Origin: Bdellovibrionota bacterium | Lineage (GTDB): Bacteria; Bdellovibrionota_G; JALEGL01; DATDPG01 | Direction: 5' to 3' | Assembly (NCBI GenBank): GCA_963668355.1 | Contig: OY764265.1 | Span: 1,408,001-1,472,000, forward strand | Length of the DNA stretch: 64,000 nucleotides | Shown here: in pieces, positions 44,223 through 54,282 of the stretch | Position numbering within the stretch: position 1 is the stretch's first letter | Layout of the letters: the number at the start of each line of letters is the position of its first letter | Program-made: the position numbers and the translations under genes | The notes under the pieces: model-generated | Databases searched by the model: none | What the model saw: the letters and a program-made list of their open reading frames with translations, nothing else | Told to the model about the DNA's origin: nothing

Positions 44223-45047
44223 TTATTTCTTAGCCTGATCCAGCTCCCAATCAAAAGCGGAAAATTTAGCGTCTGAAAACTTACTGGGAAGATGGCGCGC
44301 CATGATTTCCGGTAAATGATTGCGGATGAAATCCAAGACACTTTTTTCTCCTCCGAAGTCGTTGCGATACCAATCATAGAGAGGGGAGAGGGTGGTTTCT
44401 TTCACCTGGATGCCCGGCTTCTTCAAGTTTTCATCTTGAGGAATTTTTCCAGGAAAATCTTTGGAAGGTGTGATGGTCACTTCCTTCACCTGAATGGACT
44501 TTTGGCTTTCCACAAACTTCTGTGCTTGTTGTTCTAAATCCTTTTTTAGCTGTTCTCCCTTGTAGGGGGTGGTTTTTAAGCGTGGACTTCCTTTGGTTCC
44601 CCACCAAAGGGCAAATAAAACTTTGGGATTTTTAAAAAGAGGGCGAATGATATTGCTTTCCATGTCAATTAACGTTCGCTCTTCACCGGCTACCAGGCAG
44701 GTAAGACGATCTCGAAATCCTTCGATGGCCATGACATCTTCAATGGGCAGTCGATCGACAATAAACTTCATGACGCAAGCATTGTATGCATTGATCCAAA
44801 AAGCCAACTGGTCTTCCGGGGTTTTAAACGAGTCTAGGGCATGCTGTGCATTTTCGGTTAACACTTGATCCAGGAGAGACTTTTCGGGACTTTTGATTGA
44901 ATTCCAAAGGAGCCCCTCAGGGGTGGCCACCTTTTTAAGCAGTTTTTCATAACTTTCTCCGGAATTTGAAGAAGCCCAGGACTGTGGAATCAAAAGGGAT
45001 GCGGACAACAAAAACGCAAAAAAGCCGATTCGGTGAAAATTCTTCAT
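44223..45047 (-). CDS. DUF547-domain secreted protein
   Basis: Signal peptide from ATG 45047; QLAFWINAYNA, LSPLYDWYRNDFG and FDWEL motifs. Confidence 0.82.
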   Translation of the reverse strand: MKNFHRIGFFAFLLSASLLIPQSWASSNSGESYEKLLKKVATPEGLLWNSIKSPEKSLLDQVLTENAQHALDSFKTPEDQLAFWINAYNACVMKFIVDRLPIEDVMAIEGFRDRLTCLVAGEERTLIDMESNIIRPLFKNPKVLFALWWGTKGSPRLKTTPYKGEQLKKDLEQQAQKFVESQKSIQVKEVTITPSKDFPGKIPQDENLKKPGIQVKETTLSPLYDWYRNDFGGEKSVLDFIRNHLPEIMARHLPSKFSDAKFSAFDWELDQAKK

Positions 45048-45092
45048 GAACTCATTGTAGAGTTGGAGGGTTTTTTTGGTAGTATTTTCGAC

Positions 45093-46673
45093 ATGTCCGA
45101 AATGGAACACCCACCCTATGGAGCTTTATTGATACTGGAAGGCCGGGACGCCGGGAAAGTCGTTCCCATAAAGAGACTGCCTTTTCAGATTGGGCGCTTG
45201 ATGGAAAATAGCTTGGTGATCGCCGATGAACAGGTTTCCAGAAATCATGCGCGTATCGAAGAAGGGAAAAATGGCCTCGTTTTAGAAGATTTAAACAGTC
45301 GAAATGGCGTGTTTGTGGATGGAAGAAAAATCCAACGTCATTCGCTCCTGGTAGGGGATCGGGTCCGCCTGGGCTCCACCGTTTTGATTTTTCATACCGA
45401 TATTCAAGTGGCCAAGGATGTTTTAGCGGACTCCATTCCGGACTCTCCGGCTCTGGCTATGGAGGAAGAGGAAGTCACATCCGTTGAATTCACACCAGCC
45501 CCTCCAGAAGAGGCCTCTGGGGTAGAGCCTTTCGAACAGGGGCTCAAAGGCGCATCTCAAGCCTTTACACAAGCTTCTCGACTTTTCTCCTCGGTTTTGT
45601 CTCCGGGGCGTTGTGCTTCCCAGCTGCTGGATATTTTCTTTCAGACGATTGCGCCTGAGCGCGCGCAGATACTTTGGAAAGCGGAAAGAGAGATTTCGCT
45701 CGCTCGTTCGCGCGACCAGGGATTGAAGTGTGAGCCCTTCCGTTTGCCTGAATGTGTGGAGACGCTTGGGGAGAAGGAGCCCCTGCATTTACGAACATCG
45801 GTTTCAGTTCCTTATGGGTCGGGCTCTGAAGAGCGATTCATCGTAGCTTGTCCCTTGATCACGGAAAATGGCACGCAAGGTTGGCTGTACGGAGATCGCC
45901 CGTTGTCCAATCCATTTTCCGAATATGCGTTTTTGGATTGTCGAACACTGGCGGCCATATCGGCGGGCGTTCTTCAACGCGCTGCCGTGTTCGCCGAAAA
46001 TAAGCGACTTCAAAATCAAGTTCTGCTCATGGAAAAGCATTTGTCTCCCGAAGTGGTCCGCATGCTATCCAACCAGGGTCTGAAGATTGATGAGAGTGCT
46101 TTAAAAGTTGAAAAACGGGAAGTGAGCATTTTGTTTTCAGATATTCAGGATTTCACCCCCTTATCTGAGCGATTGGACCCAGAAAGCTTGGCCAATCTAT
46201 TGAATGAATATTTTCAACGAATGGTGGATGAGATCACGATTCATAAGGGAATGCCCAATAAGTTCATTGGGGATGCCATCATGGCTTTGTTTGGGGCCCC
46301 AGAAACGCATGGGGATGACGCCGTAAACGCTGTGAATGCCGGCATGGGAATGTTGGAAGCCCTCAAGGGGTTTTGGGAAGAAATTGACGAACAAAAACGC
46401 TTTCACATTCGTGTGGGCATCAACACGGGGGTTGTGGTTGCCGGAAACATCGGTTCCGAAAAGAAGATGGAGTACACGGTATTGGGAGACGAAGTGAATG
46501 TGGCGTCTCGCTTAGAGGGGATTTCTCCTCCAGACACCTTAACCATCGGGGCTCGAACCGCCGAATTGGTGAAAGATCATTTCGAACTCAAAGAAGTTCC
46601 TGGGGTGCAAGTTAAGGGCAAGTCCACCAAGATCAATGTGTACGAAGTTCTAGGCCCGAAAAAAATTGTTTAA
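45093..46673 (+). CDS. FHA-GAF-class III adenylate cyclase
   Basis: IGR...VSRNHA...DLNSRNG (FHA); LFSDIQDFT, KFIGDAIMA and EYTVLGDEVNVASRLE catalytic motifs. Confidence 0.92.
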   Translation: MSEMEHPPYGALLILEGRDAGKVVPIKRLPFQIGRLMENSLVIADEQVSRNHARIEEGKNGLVLEDLNSRNGVFVDGRKIQRHSLLVGDRVRLGSTVLIFHTDIQVAKDVLADSIPDSPALAMEEEEVTSVEFTPAPPEEASGVEPFEQGLKGASQAFTQASRLFSSVLSPGRCASQLLDIFFQTIAPERAQILWKAEREISLARSRDQGLKCEPFRLPECVETLGEKEPLHLRTSVSVPYGSGSEERFIVACPLITENGTQGWLYGDRPLSNPFSEYAFLDCRTLAAISAGVLQRAAVFAENKRLQNQVLLMEKHLSPEVVRMLSNQGLKIDESALKVEKREVSILFSDIQDFTPLSERLDPESLANLLNEYFQRMVDEITIHKGMPNKFIGDAIMALFGAPETHGDDAVNAVNAGMGMLEALKGFWEEIDEQKRFHIRVGINTGVVVAGNIGSEKKMEYTVLGDEVNVASRLEGISPPDTLTIGARTAELVKDHFELKEVPGVQVKGKSTKINVYEVLGPKKIV

Positions 46674-46698
46674 AACTACCCACAAGCCGTAGAAAACA

Positions 46699-46811
46699 TT
46701 TGAAGCGAGGTTCTGGACGAAAGCGAAACCTCGGGGGAGGGAACCTCCCCCCCGGAACGCTTTGCGTTCCGGCTCCCCCCCACACGCTTTCGCTCAGAAC
46801 CTCGCTTCAAA
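46699..46811. repeat. Multi-branched inverted-repeat element (MITE/REP-like)
   Basis: 17-bp perfect terminal IR TTTGAAGCGAGGTTCTG/CAGAACCTCGCTTCAAA enclosing CGAAAGCG/CGCTTTCG and CCGGAACGC-TTT-GCGTTCCGG stems. Confidence 0.7.
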
Positions 46812-46867
46812 CGTTTTTGATTTACGAAAGTAGTTCTTAAAAAGGGGAAGAAAAAGCTCAAGGGTGG

Positions 46868-46924
46868 CCGCCAGAAAAGGGGTTCCGAGCACTGTCGGGG
46901 CGCAGCGAACCCCTTTTCTGGCGG
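46868..46924. repeat. 18-bp perfect inverted repeat hairpin
   Basis: CCGCCAGAAAAGGGGTTC...GAACCCCTTTTCTGGCGG. Confidence 0.7.
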
Positions 46925-46979
46925 ACAGGACCCTCCACCGTATATCTTCTGATGAGTCCCGAAAAAAAGAAACGGTGTT

Positions 46980-49900
46980 TTAGAGGCCGAGTTGTTGGGC
47001 GAATTCGGTGGCTGTGTTGGGTCGCTTGGTTTTGTCTTTTGACAAAGCTTGCATGATGACTTGAATGATGGAGTCTGGAACGTTTTGTGCCAGATCACTT
47101 AGTGCGGGAGGTTGTGTGTGAAGATGGGCATACATGATGTCCCCTTCAATAAACGGAGGGCGCCCGGCCAAAAGCTCGTAGAAGATGACGGCCAATGAAT
47201 AAATATCCGTTCGATGATCAATGTCTTTTCCCAGAACTTGTTCGGGAGACATGTACAGCGGCGTTCCTCGTAACATCGTTTTGTCGATCGAAAGATCTTG
47301 AAGAACTTTCGCGAGACCAAAATCCATGAGTTTGACTTGACGACTGGCCATCAACAAAATGTTGCTGGGTTTGACGTCTCGATGAATCACTTTTTGAGAA
47401 TGCGCGTAGTCTATGACTTCACAGAGAGGTTTTGCAATGGCCCGAAAGTTCTCTTCATTGACGCGCTTAACTTTTTGCAGAACTTGTTGAAGGGTTTTTC
47501 CTTCCACAAACTCCATGGCAATAAAATAATTTCCCCCCTCTTGTCCCACGTCATAAATGGTCACAATATTAGGGTGATTCAGTTTTGCGGCGGTCTGAGC
47601 TTCGCGCATTAAACTTTGCAGAGCTTCCGCATCATCTCTCAAGGTGTGAGGGAGCGTCTTAAATGCAACCACTCGATCCAACATCGTATCCTTGGCTCGA
47701 TACACAATGCCCATGGCCCCTCGGCCGAGTTCGTCCATAATTTCATACCGCTTTTCTTCGGCTGTTTGAGCTCCGGCAATGGTTTCCTGGTGAGCTGGAG
47801 AAGAAGCCTGTGGCCTCGCGTTGGCCATCTTCTCTTTGATTTCATCCACCTTTTGCGCAACGTCTCGGAAGTGAAAATCTTTTTTCAATAAATCTTCGAA
47901 GATGTCCAAAGAACTCTGAAACTCTCCGGCGCGTTCGAGAACCGTGGCGAAAATATATTGAGACTCTTGGTCCATGTCGGCGGGTGAGGTGTCGTATACC
48001 TCTCGAAGCGTCTTGATGGCCAAGTCATCCACGCCCTTTTCGACAAACATTTTTCCCAAAAGAACCTGCGCTTTGCGCAAGTCCTGATGATAAGACGGAA
48101 CCTTCTGGCATAGAGCAATGGCTTCGTCGATCAGTCCCTGCTCCTGATAAATGGTTGCAGCCTCCAGGAAATGCTCTTTGCGGATGAAAAGGTCGATGAC
48201 TTTGTCAATTTCGTTGAGCTCTTTATAAAGCGTGATGGCTTGATCTAGGAGCCCACCTTTTTCAAATGACATGGCGGCTCGTCGGGGATCTCCCGCTTGA
48301 GCGAAAAATTCGCCCGCCAAAGCAAAGTCTCCATCCTTTGCATAAAGAACGGCTGCTTTCCCAAGATCTCCAATCTGTTCGTAGATTTCAGCCGCCTGGG
48401 CCCAGGCCTCAGCCTTGACAAAACATTGGGCCGCTTCCACTTTCTGACCTTTGCTGAGGTAGATATGCGCGGTGGCGAAAGCCGCTTTTTTTACGTCCCC
48501 CTTCTTCGTGTAAATTTTGGCGAGGACGGCATGATGTTTGGAGTCTTCTAAGTATTCTAGCGCTTTTTCAAGATCTCCCTCTTGGTAAGCATGTACGCCG
48601 AAGAGATACTTGGCTTTGTCCATATTTCCGGCGTCGTGATAAATCTGAGCTGCCTCCAATAGTTTTCGTTCTTTGACCAACGCTTGGGCTTTGACTTCGG
48701 GGTCGAGATCCGCGCTGGAAATATTTGCGGCTTCCTCGGCAGGAGAGGGACCCAAGTCCAATTCGCCATGTGACATGGCCGACTGATCAGAATAGCTATT
48801 GTCCGGAGTCCCAGCCATGGTAACAGTTTCTTCTTCAGCCTCTTCCCCGCCGGGTTCCGGTAAGGTGTCCAGGTCGATGTTAACCACGCGATCTTCCAGG
48901 TCTGGGATTGTGATCGGGTAGATCCACGAATCTTCTCCGTGAATGATTTGAATTTTGTGGTTTCCCTGTTTTAGATAGATGAATCCACCCGTTCCCGGTT
49001 TTACGTACTTAACGTCAGGGTCTCCAGGAATACGAAGTTCAACGCCTTGCACCTCTTCTTCGCCTCGCCGGACAAAGATGGTGACAAAGGATTCTTCCTT
49101 AACGAGTTGGAAAACAATTTGCCGGGTTTTTCCTTTCTCCACACGAGCTTTTTGAAACATGTAGTAATTGCCAATGGTTTTTTTGGTGAGCGCGGTGTCT
49201 TCAATGGTGCCATATAGATAAACAAAATAATCACGGGCTGGAACGTTCTCAAAGAGCGTTTGTTTTCCAACCATCTTGCGAACCCACGCGCCTTTCTGTT
49301 TCAAAAGTTGTTTGTACTTTTTCTTCTCGTATTTTTCTCGGTCTGAAACGATGAGAGGGCCGGAGTCTTTTTCTTTTTCTTTTTTCTTAGACAACTTGAG
49401 GGTTAAGAAACTTTCCATCTTTGGGTCGTAGTTGATGATGACCATCAAGTTCCCTTTTCCTCTTTGAGTTGAGCGGATTCGAGCCAGATAAAGAGGTGGG
49501 AGCACAAATAAAAGTAGGATGATGCTCCAGAGAATTGGCAACCACTTGTTGAAGTGGCGAATCTGGGGCGTGGGGTAAGAAATACGGGTATCTAAGGTGA
49601 CCCGCTCTTCACTGATGGGTGAAAATAATTGGATGTAAAACGACACGCTGGTGTTGTTTTCTCGGGTTTCATGGCCGGCAATGTCGAAAGCAAAAATTCC
49701 ATCTAAGGAGTCCTTGGCCAATTCAGGTTCTAAGTATCCCGGAGAACCAAAAGAGTTAAAGGTGACTTCCTTGGGCTTAAAATGTTTGAGATGGGTGTGT
49801 TGGATCACCCGGTATTGCGCGAGGAATGCAAGTTCTAAGTCTTGTCGAATGCGTTTCGTGTCAATTTCAAATGGCTCAAAAAGATACTTTTTAATGACGG

Positions 49901-51779
49901 GCCATCCGACTTTTAAATTCGGTTGAAGGTGCGCAACGATGACCTGATTGATGGCGGACATGCCGACTTCCGAAGGAACCATTTTGGGGAATCTTCGGCA
50001 GAGTAAGAGAAGTTCAGGAGAAACAATTCTTCCCAAAAGCTCATCGCCTGCATTTACAAAGAAGTTATTTGTAGCGTCAATGGCGTAGACGTCTCGAATG
50101 GCTTGAATGGCCGACTCACGATCTCCTTGGTGAATATAGGCTTTGGCCAACCCCTCTCTGGCGGCCAAATATTCTGGATTCGTTTCAATGGCACGAGAGA
50201 AGGCACTGACGGCTCCGCCAAAGTCCTTACTGACCAGGAGAGCTTCTCCCAACTGAACCTGCGTTCGAAAGTCTCGGGGATTGGTCTTGGTCAGTTCTTG
50301 GAGAACGGAGACGGCTGCACTGATTCGATTGTCCAGGAGGTAGGCCTTAGCCAGGTGATACCTTGTTTCCGGATTGTCCGGCCGGAGTCTCGTGGCGTTT
50401 TCCAAATGACGAATGGCCTGGGCTCTTCGGTCTCGTTCTTCCAAATACAGAATTCCAAGATAGAGATTGGCCTCGTAATTGGCATGGTTGAGTTCAAAAG
50501 CTTTGTTTAATTCCTTAATGGCTTGGGAAGGACGTTGGCTCAGATAGAAAGAGTACCCCAACTTACTGTGCAAGGAGTCTCGGTTGGGATCTAGAAATAT
50601 GGCCTTGCGAAGAAGAATGGATGCGGGTTCGGCTTCTCCGATGGAAAGGTATACATCGGCTTGTTTCTCCAAGCTCTGTGCGGATGTGAAGATTTTGTTC
50701 GCTCGGGCATAAGCACTTTGAGCGAGCGAAAAATGACGGACCCGCTCCGCCAGGGCTCCTGCCGTTTGATAGGCTTCGGAGGCTGCTTTGGCTCGTTTTC
50801 GGAGGCTGTAGAGGCTTCCCAACGCTTCAAACACCTCGGGGCGTGTGGCCCCCAAATCTCGGGCCTTTTCGTAGGCCATCAAGGCCTCATGGCTTCTTCC
50901 TAAAGCTTCATATGCACGAGCTAGACCCACCTGGGCCATGGCGTCTTTGGGATCTTTGGCTGCTGCCCGTTTGTAGAAGGACATCGCTTTTCCAGGATTT
51001 TTGCTTTGGAGATAAAGATCGCCCTTTCCGATCAAGGCCCTTGGATTGGAAGGATTCCTTCTCAAAGCCTCGTCGTAGCGAAGCATGGACTTTTTGGTGT
51101 CCCCCATAAAGGCATACGCTCGTCCCGCCTGTTCGGGGTCGGTCAATTTCCCTACCCAATTTTTCCCCCGTTTTTCGAGTTCATGTTGGGGAGCTTTGAA
51201 TTTGGAGTCGATGGATTGAGAACGAGCAAAACCTTCGAAGGCTTTGACATATTCTTTTCGCCGGAGGGCAGCACCTGCTTCTCCTAATGCCTGGATGGCC
51301 CCCACCTGAGACGTGTGAAAACGGGTGATTTCTACTTTCTCTTGTGTCGGAACCGAAGTTCGTAGGAGTCCCATGGCCGCATCGAATAGACGGTCTTGAA
51401 GAAATTTGATTTCTCCATAGGTCCCTCGGAGCTGTTGACTTCCCAAGTTGTAACCCGTTTGAACGTCATAGGCCCGAACCGAAAGCAAAAAATGAGGCGT
51501 TCCCTCTTTAAAATGCATTTTGATTTCTACATTGGCTTTTCCCCCGTTAGCCCCCCCCAATTCAAATTGACCGGTTTGCTCCAAGTCGCTGCTTAAGACT
51601 TGTTTAAGGCCCATCATGACCAAGGGGTACTTGGAGTTTCCTTGGACAGGCGCGATTCGGACGCGAATCAGGGCCAGAGAGAGAGAAGGAGCCAGGAAGG
51701 TGCAAAGCAAGACAGACCAAAGAATGAAATTCTTTTTACAGAGAGATGTCCAATTTTGCAGGTTCTTGAAATTCATCAA
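46980..51779 (-). CDS. Membrane-spanning TPR-rich Ser/Thr protein kinase (1599 aa)
   Basis: Signal peptide, TPR repeats, central TM, more TPRs; LGRGAMGIVY, VAFK, IHRDVKPSN, DFG and GTPLYMSPE motifs. Confidence 0.93.
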   Translation of the reverse strand: MMNFKNLQNWTSLCKKNFILWSVLLCTFLAPSLSLALIRVRIAPVQGNSKYPLVMMGLKQVLSSDLEQTGQFELGGANGGKANVEIKMHFKEGTPHFLLSVRAYDVQTGYNLGSQQLRGTYGEIKFLQDRLFDAAMGLLRTSVPTQEKVEITRFHTSQVGAIQALGEAGAALRRKEYVKAFEGFARSQSIDSKFKAPQHELEKRGKNWVGKLTDPEQAGRAYAFMGDTKKSMLRYDEALRRNPSNPRALIGKGDLYLQSKNPGKAMSFYKRAAAKDPKDAMAQVGLARAYEALGRSHEALMAYEKARDLGATRPEVFEALGSLYSLRKRAKAASEAYQTAGALAERVRHFSLAQSAYARANKIFTSAQSLEKQADVYLSIGEAEPASILLRKAIFLDPNRDSLHSKLGYSFYLSQRPSQAIKELNKAFELNHANYEANLYLGILYLEERDRRAQAIRHLENATRLRPDNPETRYHLAKAYLLDNRISAAVSVLQELTKTNPRDFRTQVQLGEALLVSKDFGGAVSAFSRAIETNPEYLAAREGLAKAYIHQGDRESAIQAIRDVYAIDATNNFFVNAGDELLGRIVSPELLLLCRRFPKMVPSEVGMSAINQVIVAHLQPNLKVGWPVIKKYLFEPFEIDTKRIRQDLELAFLAQYRVIQHTHLKHFKPKEVTFNSFGSPGYLEPELAKDSLDGIFAFDIAGHETRENNTSVSFYIQLFSPISEERVTLDTRISYPTPQIRHFNKWLPILWSIILLLFVLPPLYLARIRSTQRGKGNLMVIINYDPKMESFLTLKLSKKKEKEKDSGPLIVSDREKYEKKKYKQLLKQKGAWVRKMVGKQTLFENVPARDYFVYLYGTIEDTALTKKTIGNYYMFQKARVEKGKTRQIVFQLVKEESFVTIFVRRGEEEVQGVELRIPGDPDVKYVKPGTGGFIYLKQGNHKIQIIHGEDSWIYPITIPDLEDRVVNIDLDTLPEPGGEEAEEETVTMAGTPDNSYSDQSAMSHGELDLGPSPAEEAANISSADLDPEVKAQALVKERKLLEAAQIYHDAGNMDKAKYLFGVHAYQEGDLEKALEYLEDSKHHAVLAKIYTKKGDVKKAAFATAHIYLSKGQKVEAAQCFVKAEAWAQAAEIYEQIGDLGKAAVLYAKDGDFALAGEFFAQAGDPRRAAMSFEKGGLLDQAITLYKELNEIDKVIDLFIRKEHFLEAATIYQEQGLIDEAIALCQKVPSYHQDLRKAQVLLGKMFVEKGVDDLAIKTLREVYDTSPADMDQESQYIFATVLERAGEFQSSLDIFEDLLKKDFHFRDVAQKVDEIKEKMANARPQASSPAHQETIAGAQTAEEKRYEIMDELGRGAMGIVYRAKDTMLDRVVAFKTLPHTLRDDAEALQSLMREAQTAAKLNHPNIVTIYDVGQEGGNYFIAMEFVEGKTLQQVLQKVKRVNEENFRAIAKPLCEVIDYAHSQKVIHRDVKPSNILLMASRQVKLMDFGLAKVLQDLSIDKTMLRGTPLYMSPEQVLGKDIDHRTDIYSLAVIFYELLAGRPPFIEGDIMYAHLHTQPPALSDLAQNVPDSIIQVIMQALSKDKTKRPNTATEFAQQLGL

Positions 51780-51869
51780 TTTATTCGAAAGACACTATTG
51801 TACTAGGGCCGTGGAAAATGGGAACTTCGGGATTCGGGAAAAGCCCTTTCTTTATGCTAGGATCACGCT

Positions 51870-52928
51870 GTGAATAAGCGAAATGACCAAGGCTCCCATG
51901 TGAGACTGACGGCTCATGCTTCCTCCAGTGGGTGAGCGGCCAAGTTGAGTCCGGGAGACTTGCATCACATTGTGGATGGATTGGGCGTTGTTTCTCATCC
52001 CAATCTCATGGTTGGATTTGATACTTCCGACGATGCGGCCGTGTATCGAATGCGTGATGATCTGGCCTTGGTTCAGACCTTGGATTTCATCACCCCCATC
52101 GTGGATGATCCTTTTCGGTTTGGAAGGATCGCTGCGGCCAATTCTCTGAGTGATGTCTATGCCATGGGGGCCCGCCCCATTTCGGCACTCAATATTTGCT
52201 GTTTTCCGGGCTCCGGAATTCCTCCCGAACAGTTAAGAGAGATTTTAAAAGGAGGGCTGGCTGCACTTCGGGATGCGGATGCACTTTTGGTCGGAGGCCA
52301 CACGGTCAAAGATCAAGAAGTGAAGTATGGACTTTCCGTTTTGGGAGAAGTTCACCCCGATGAGGTCAAAACCAATTCAGGGGCGAAAGAAGGGGATGTC
52401 ATTGTTTTAACCAAGCCCATCGGGACGGGCATTCTAACGACGGCCGGAAAAAAGGGATTGATTCCCTTCGACGAATTGGAATCCGTTCTTCAATCCATGG
52501 AGTGTTTGAATCGAGGCGCTGCGGAGTGTTTTTCGAATCTTTCGGTCCATGCCGTCACGGATGTCACGGGTTTTGGCTTAGCACTTCACCTCGCTGAGGT
52601 TTCAAAGGCCAGTGGGGTAGAAATTCGATTGGAAGTCTCAAAGATTCCTTTTTTTGCGAAAACCTTGGAGTTTATTCGTGAAGGAGTAGTTCCGGGAATG
52701 ATTCGATCCAATCAAGAAATGGCGGAACGTTGTGTGGTTTTTGAGGATAACGTGCCTTCGGAATTTCAATTGGCTTGTCTGGACCCTCAAACTTCGGGTG
52801 GATTGGTGGTGAGCCTGGCGGAGAAAGACGCTTCAACGTATGTACAGCGATTGAAAGAAAGAAACATATCCGCTCAGATCATTGCTACGGTTCAAAAAGG
52901 TTCTCCTCGGGTGCTTGTTCAGAACTAA
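51870..52928 (+). CDS. selD: Selenide, water dikinase containing selenocysteine (in-frame UGA at 51933)
   Basis: Frame reads VRLTAHASSSG-UGA-AAKLSP; DDAAVY, DFITPIVDDP, AANSLSDVYAMG, GGHT, TDVTGFGL and DPQTSGGL motifs; start GTG 51870 or 51900. Confidence 0.93.
51941..51962 (+). promoter_or_regulatory. Candidate bacterial SECIS hairpin
   Basis: AGTC-CGGGA-GACT stem-loop with a G-rich loop beginning about 12 nt after the UGA. Confidence 0.65.
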
Positions 52929-53084
52929 TTTGTTCCGGCTGTTTTTCACCGGTTTCGTGTGAGTTCATGCGGGAATCGAGAAGGTTTTCGCCAACTCTGG
53001 ATGGGAGCATTTTTCTAATCCATTGAAATCAAAGAAAAAATATACATCTTGTCCTGGGCATTGCCCTTGCACAAGTCGGGGGGA

Positions 53085-53495
53085 ATGCAATCTTTTCATC
53101 GAGCGATTTTGGTTCTTTTCATATTTGTCGGCTTGGCCTGGGTCAGTACTGATTCCTGTCAGGCTTTTGATATGAGTCATCAGACTCTGTCCTTCTCCAA
53201 ACAGATTCAACCCAAGGCAGAAGCGTTTGGTTGGGCTGGTTCCTTCTTGGAAAAGAATGAAAATCGATTTTCATGGGGCGTGTTTCTTGTGGATTGTTTT
53301 CTTGATGAGATGTCCCGCTTGTCTCTTTCGATCTCGAATTCGGCGTGGACAAAAGTTGGTGTTTCAGGACAACTCAATTTGGCTCGGCGGGTTTGCCTGT
53401 CCCTCGATTGCGGGATGGTCTTGAATCCCTCATTTCGTCACTTGCTTAGCACAACTGCAGCAGCAGTGGCTGCCATCACGTTCTATTTTGAATGA
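53085..53495 (+). CDS. Hypothetical secreted or outer-membrane protein
   Basis: G-rich RBS, signal-like N-terminus, beta-like C-terminus ITFYFE; upstream GGGCATTGCCCTTGCA sigma54-like box (53056-53071). Confidence 0.4.
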   Translation: MQSFHRAILVLFIFVGLAWVSTDSCQAFDMSHQTLSFSKQIQPKAEAFGWAGSFLEKNENRFSWGVFLVDCFLDEMSRLSLSISNSAWTKVGVSGQLNLARRVCLSLDCGMVLNPSFRHLLSTTAAAVAAITFYFE

Positions 53496-53623
53496 TCGGA
53501 TGCGTTCAGGGCCTGCTTCAGCTCGTCCATAACCTCTTTTTGTCGTGCTTCGATGGAAAAGAGGTAGATGAGGGTTCCCACCCAAATGAGGAGATAGGCA
53601 CCAAATAAATAGTCTAAATTCAT
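53483..53623 (-). CDS. ccmD: CcmD-family heme exporter small subunit (46 aa, below the ORF-track cutoff)
   Basis: Own translation MNLDYLFGAYLLIWVGTLIYLFSIEARQKEVMDELKQALNASDHSK; ATGA overlap with the ccmC stop. Confidence 0.85.
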   Translation of the reverse strand: MNLDYLFGAYLLIWVGTLIYLFSIEARQKEVMDELKQALNASDHSK

Positions 53624-54282
53624 GAGGACTCCGTTTGTTTAAGTTCTAGAGACTCCAATAAATTTCGGGAGCGTTCCAAGCGAAATCGGGCTCGCATCAA
53701 CGAGGCGAATAAAAACAAGGTTGCGATGAACGTCACAACAAACACAAATTGCATTTTTGGAGACATCCCCCCACCCGAAGGACCCATTACGGTCGGATGA
53801 ATTCCTCTCCAAAGACGCACGGAAAAATGCACCAGGGGAACGTCTAAAAAAGCGATGACGGCTAAAATCGCGGTAACCTTTCTACCCTGAGCGGACGAGC
53901 CAAAATAGGCCCTCAGTACCAGATACCCCGCATAGAGAAGCCATAGGAGCAGCGTGGATGTAAGCCGAGGTTCCCAGGTCCACCAGGCGCCCCATACCGG
54001 CTTGGCCCATACAGGACCGGTTAAAAGGACCAAGGTACAAAGAAAGAAACCCACCTCTGCACCGGCGACGGAAATTTCATCCCAGTGGCGACGTTTCTCC
54101 AAGAGATACATCAAGGCCGATAGGAATGAGATGACAAAACCAAAATACATCGTGATGGCCGTAGAAACGTGAACATAGAAAATCTTTTGAATGATTCCCT
54201 GGGTCTGCTCCATCGGAGCATAGAAAAAAATGAGATACAAAGCCCCCAACCAAATGAGGCAAGTGGAAATAAAAAGTTTCAA
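53620..54282 (-). CDS. ccmC: Heme exporter CcmC
   Basis: IFYVHV, TGPVWAKPVWGAWWTWEPRLT and WRGIHP motifs. Confidence 0.93.
   Translation of the reverse strand: MKLFISTCLIWLGALYLIFFYAPMEQTQGIIQKIFYVHVSTAITMYFGFVISFLSALMYLLEKRRHWDEISVAGAEVGFFLCTLVLLTGPVWAKPVWGAWWTWEPRLTSTLLLWLLYAGYLVLRAYFGSSAQGRKVTAILAVIAFLDVPLVHFSVRLWRGIHPTVMGPSGGGMSPKMQFVFVVTFIATLFLFASLMRARFRLERSRNLLESLELKQTESS

Noticed and set aside
46676..47098. 140-aa ORF on the minus strand
   Set aside because: Runs through inverted-repeat elements and overlaps the kinase end; low-complexity translation
51933..51935. selD as a nonsense pseudogene
   Set aside because: The UGA sits exactly at the catalytic Cys/Sec position and is followed by a SECIS-like hairpin
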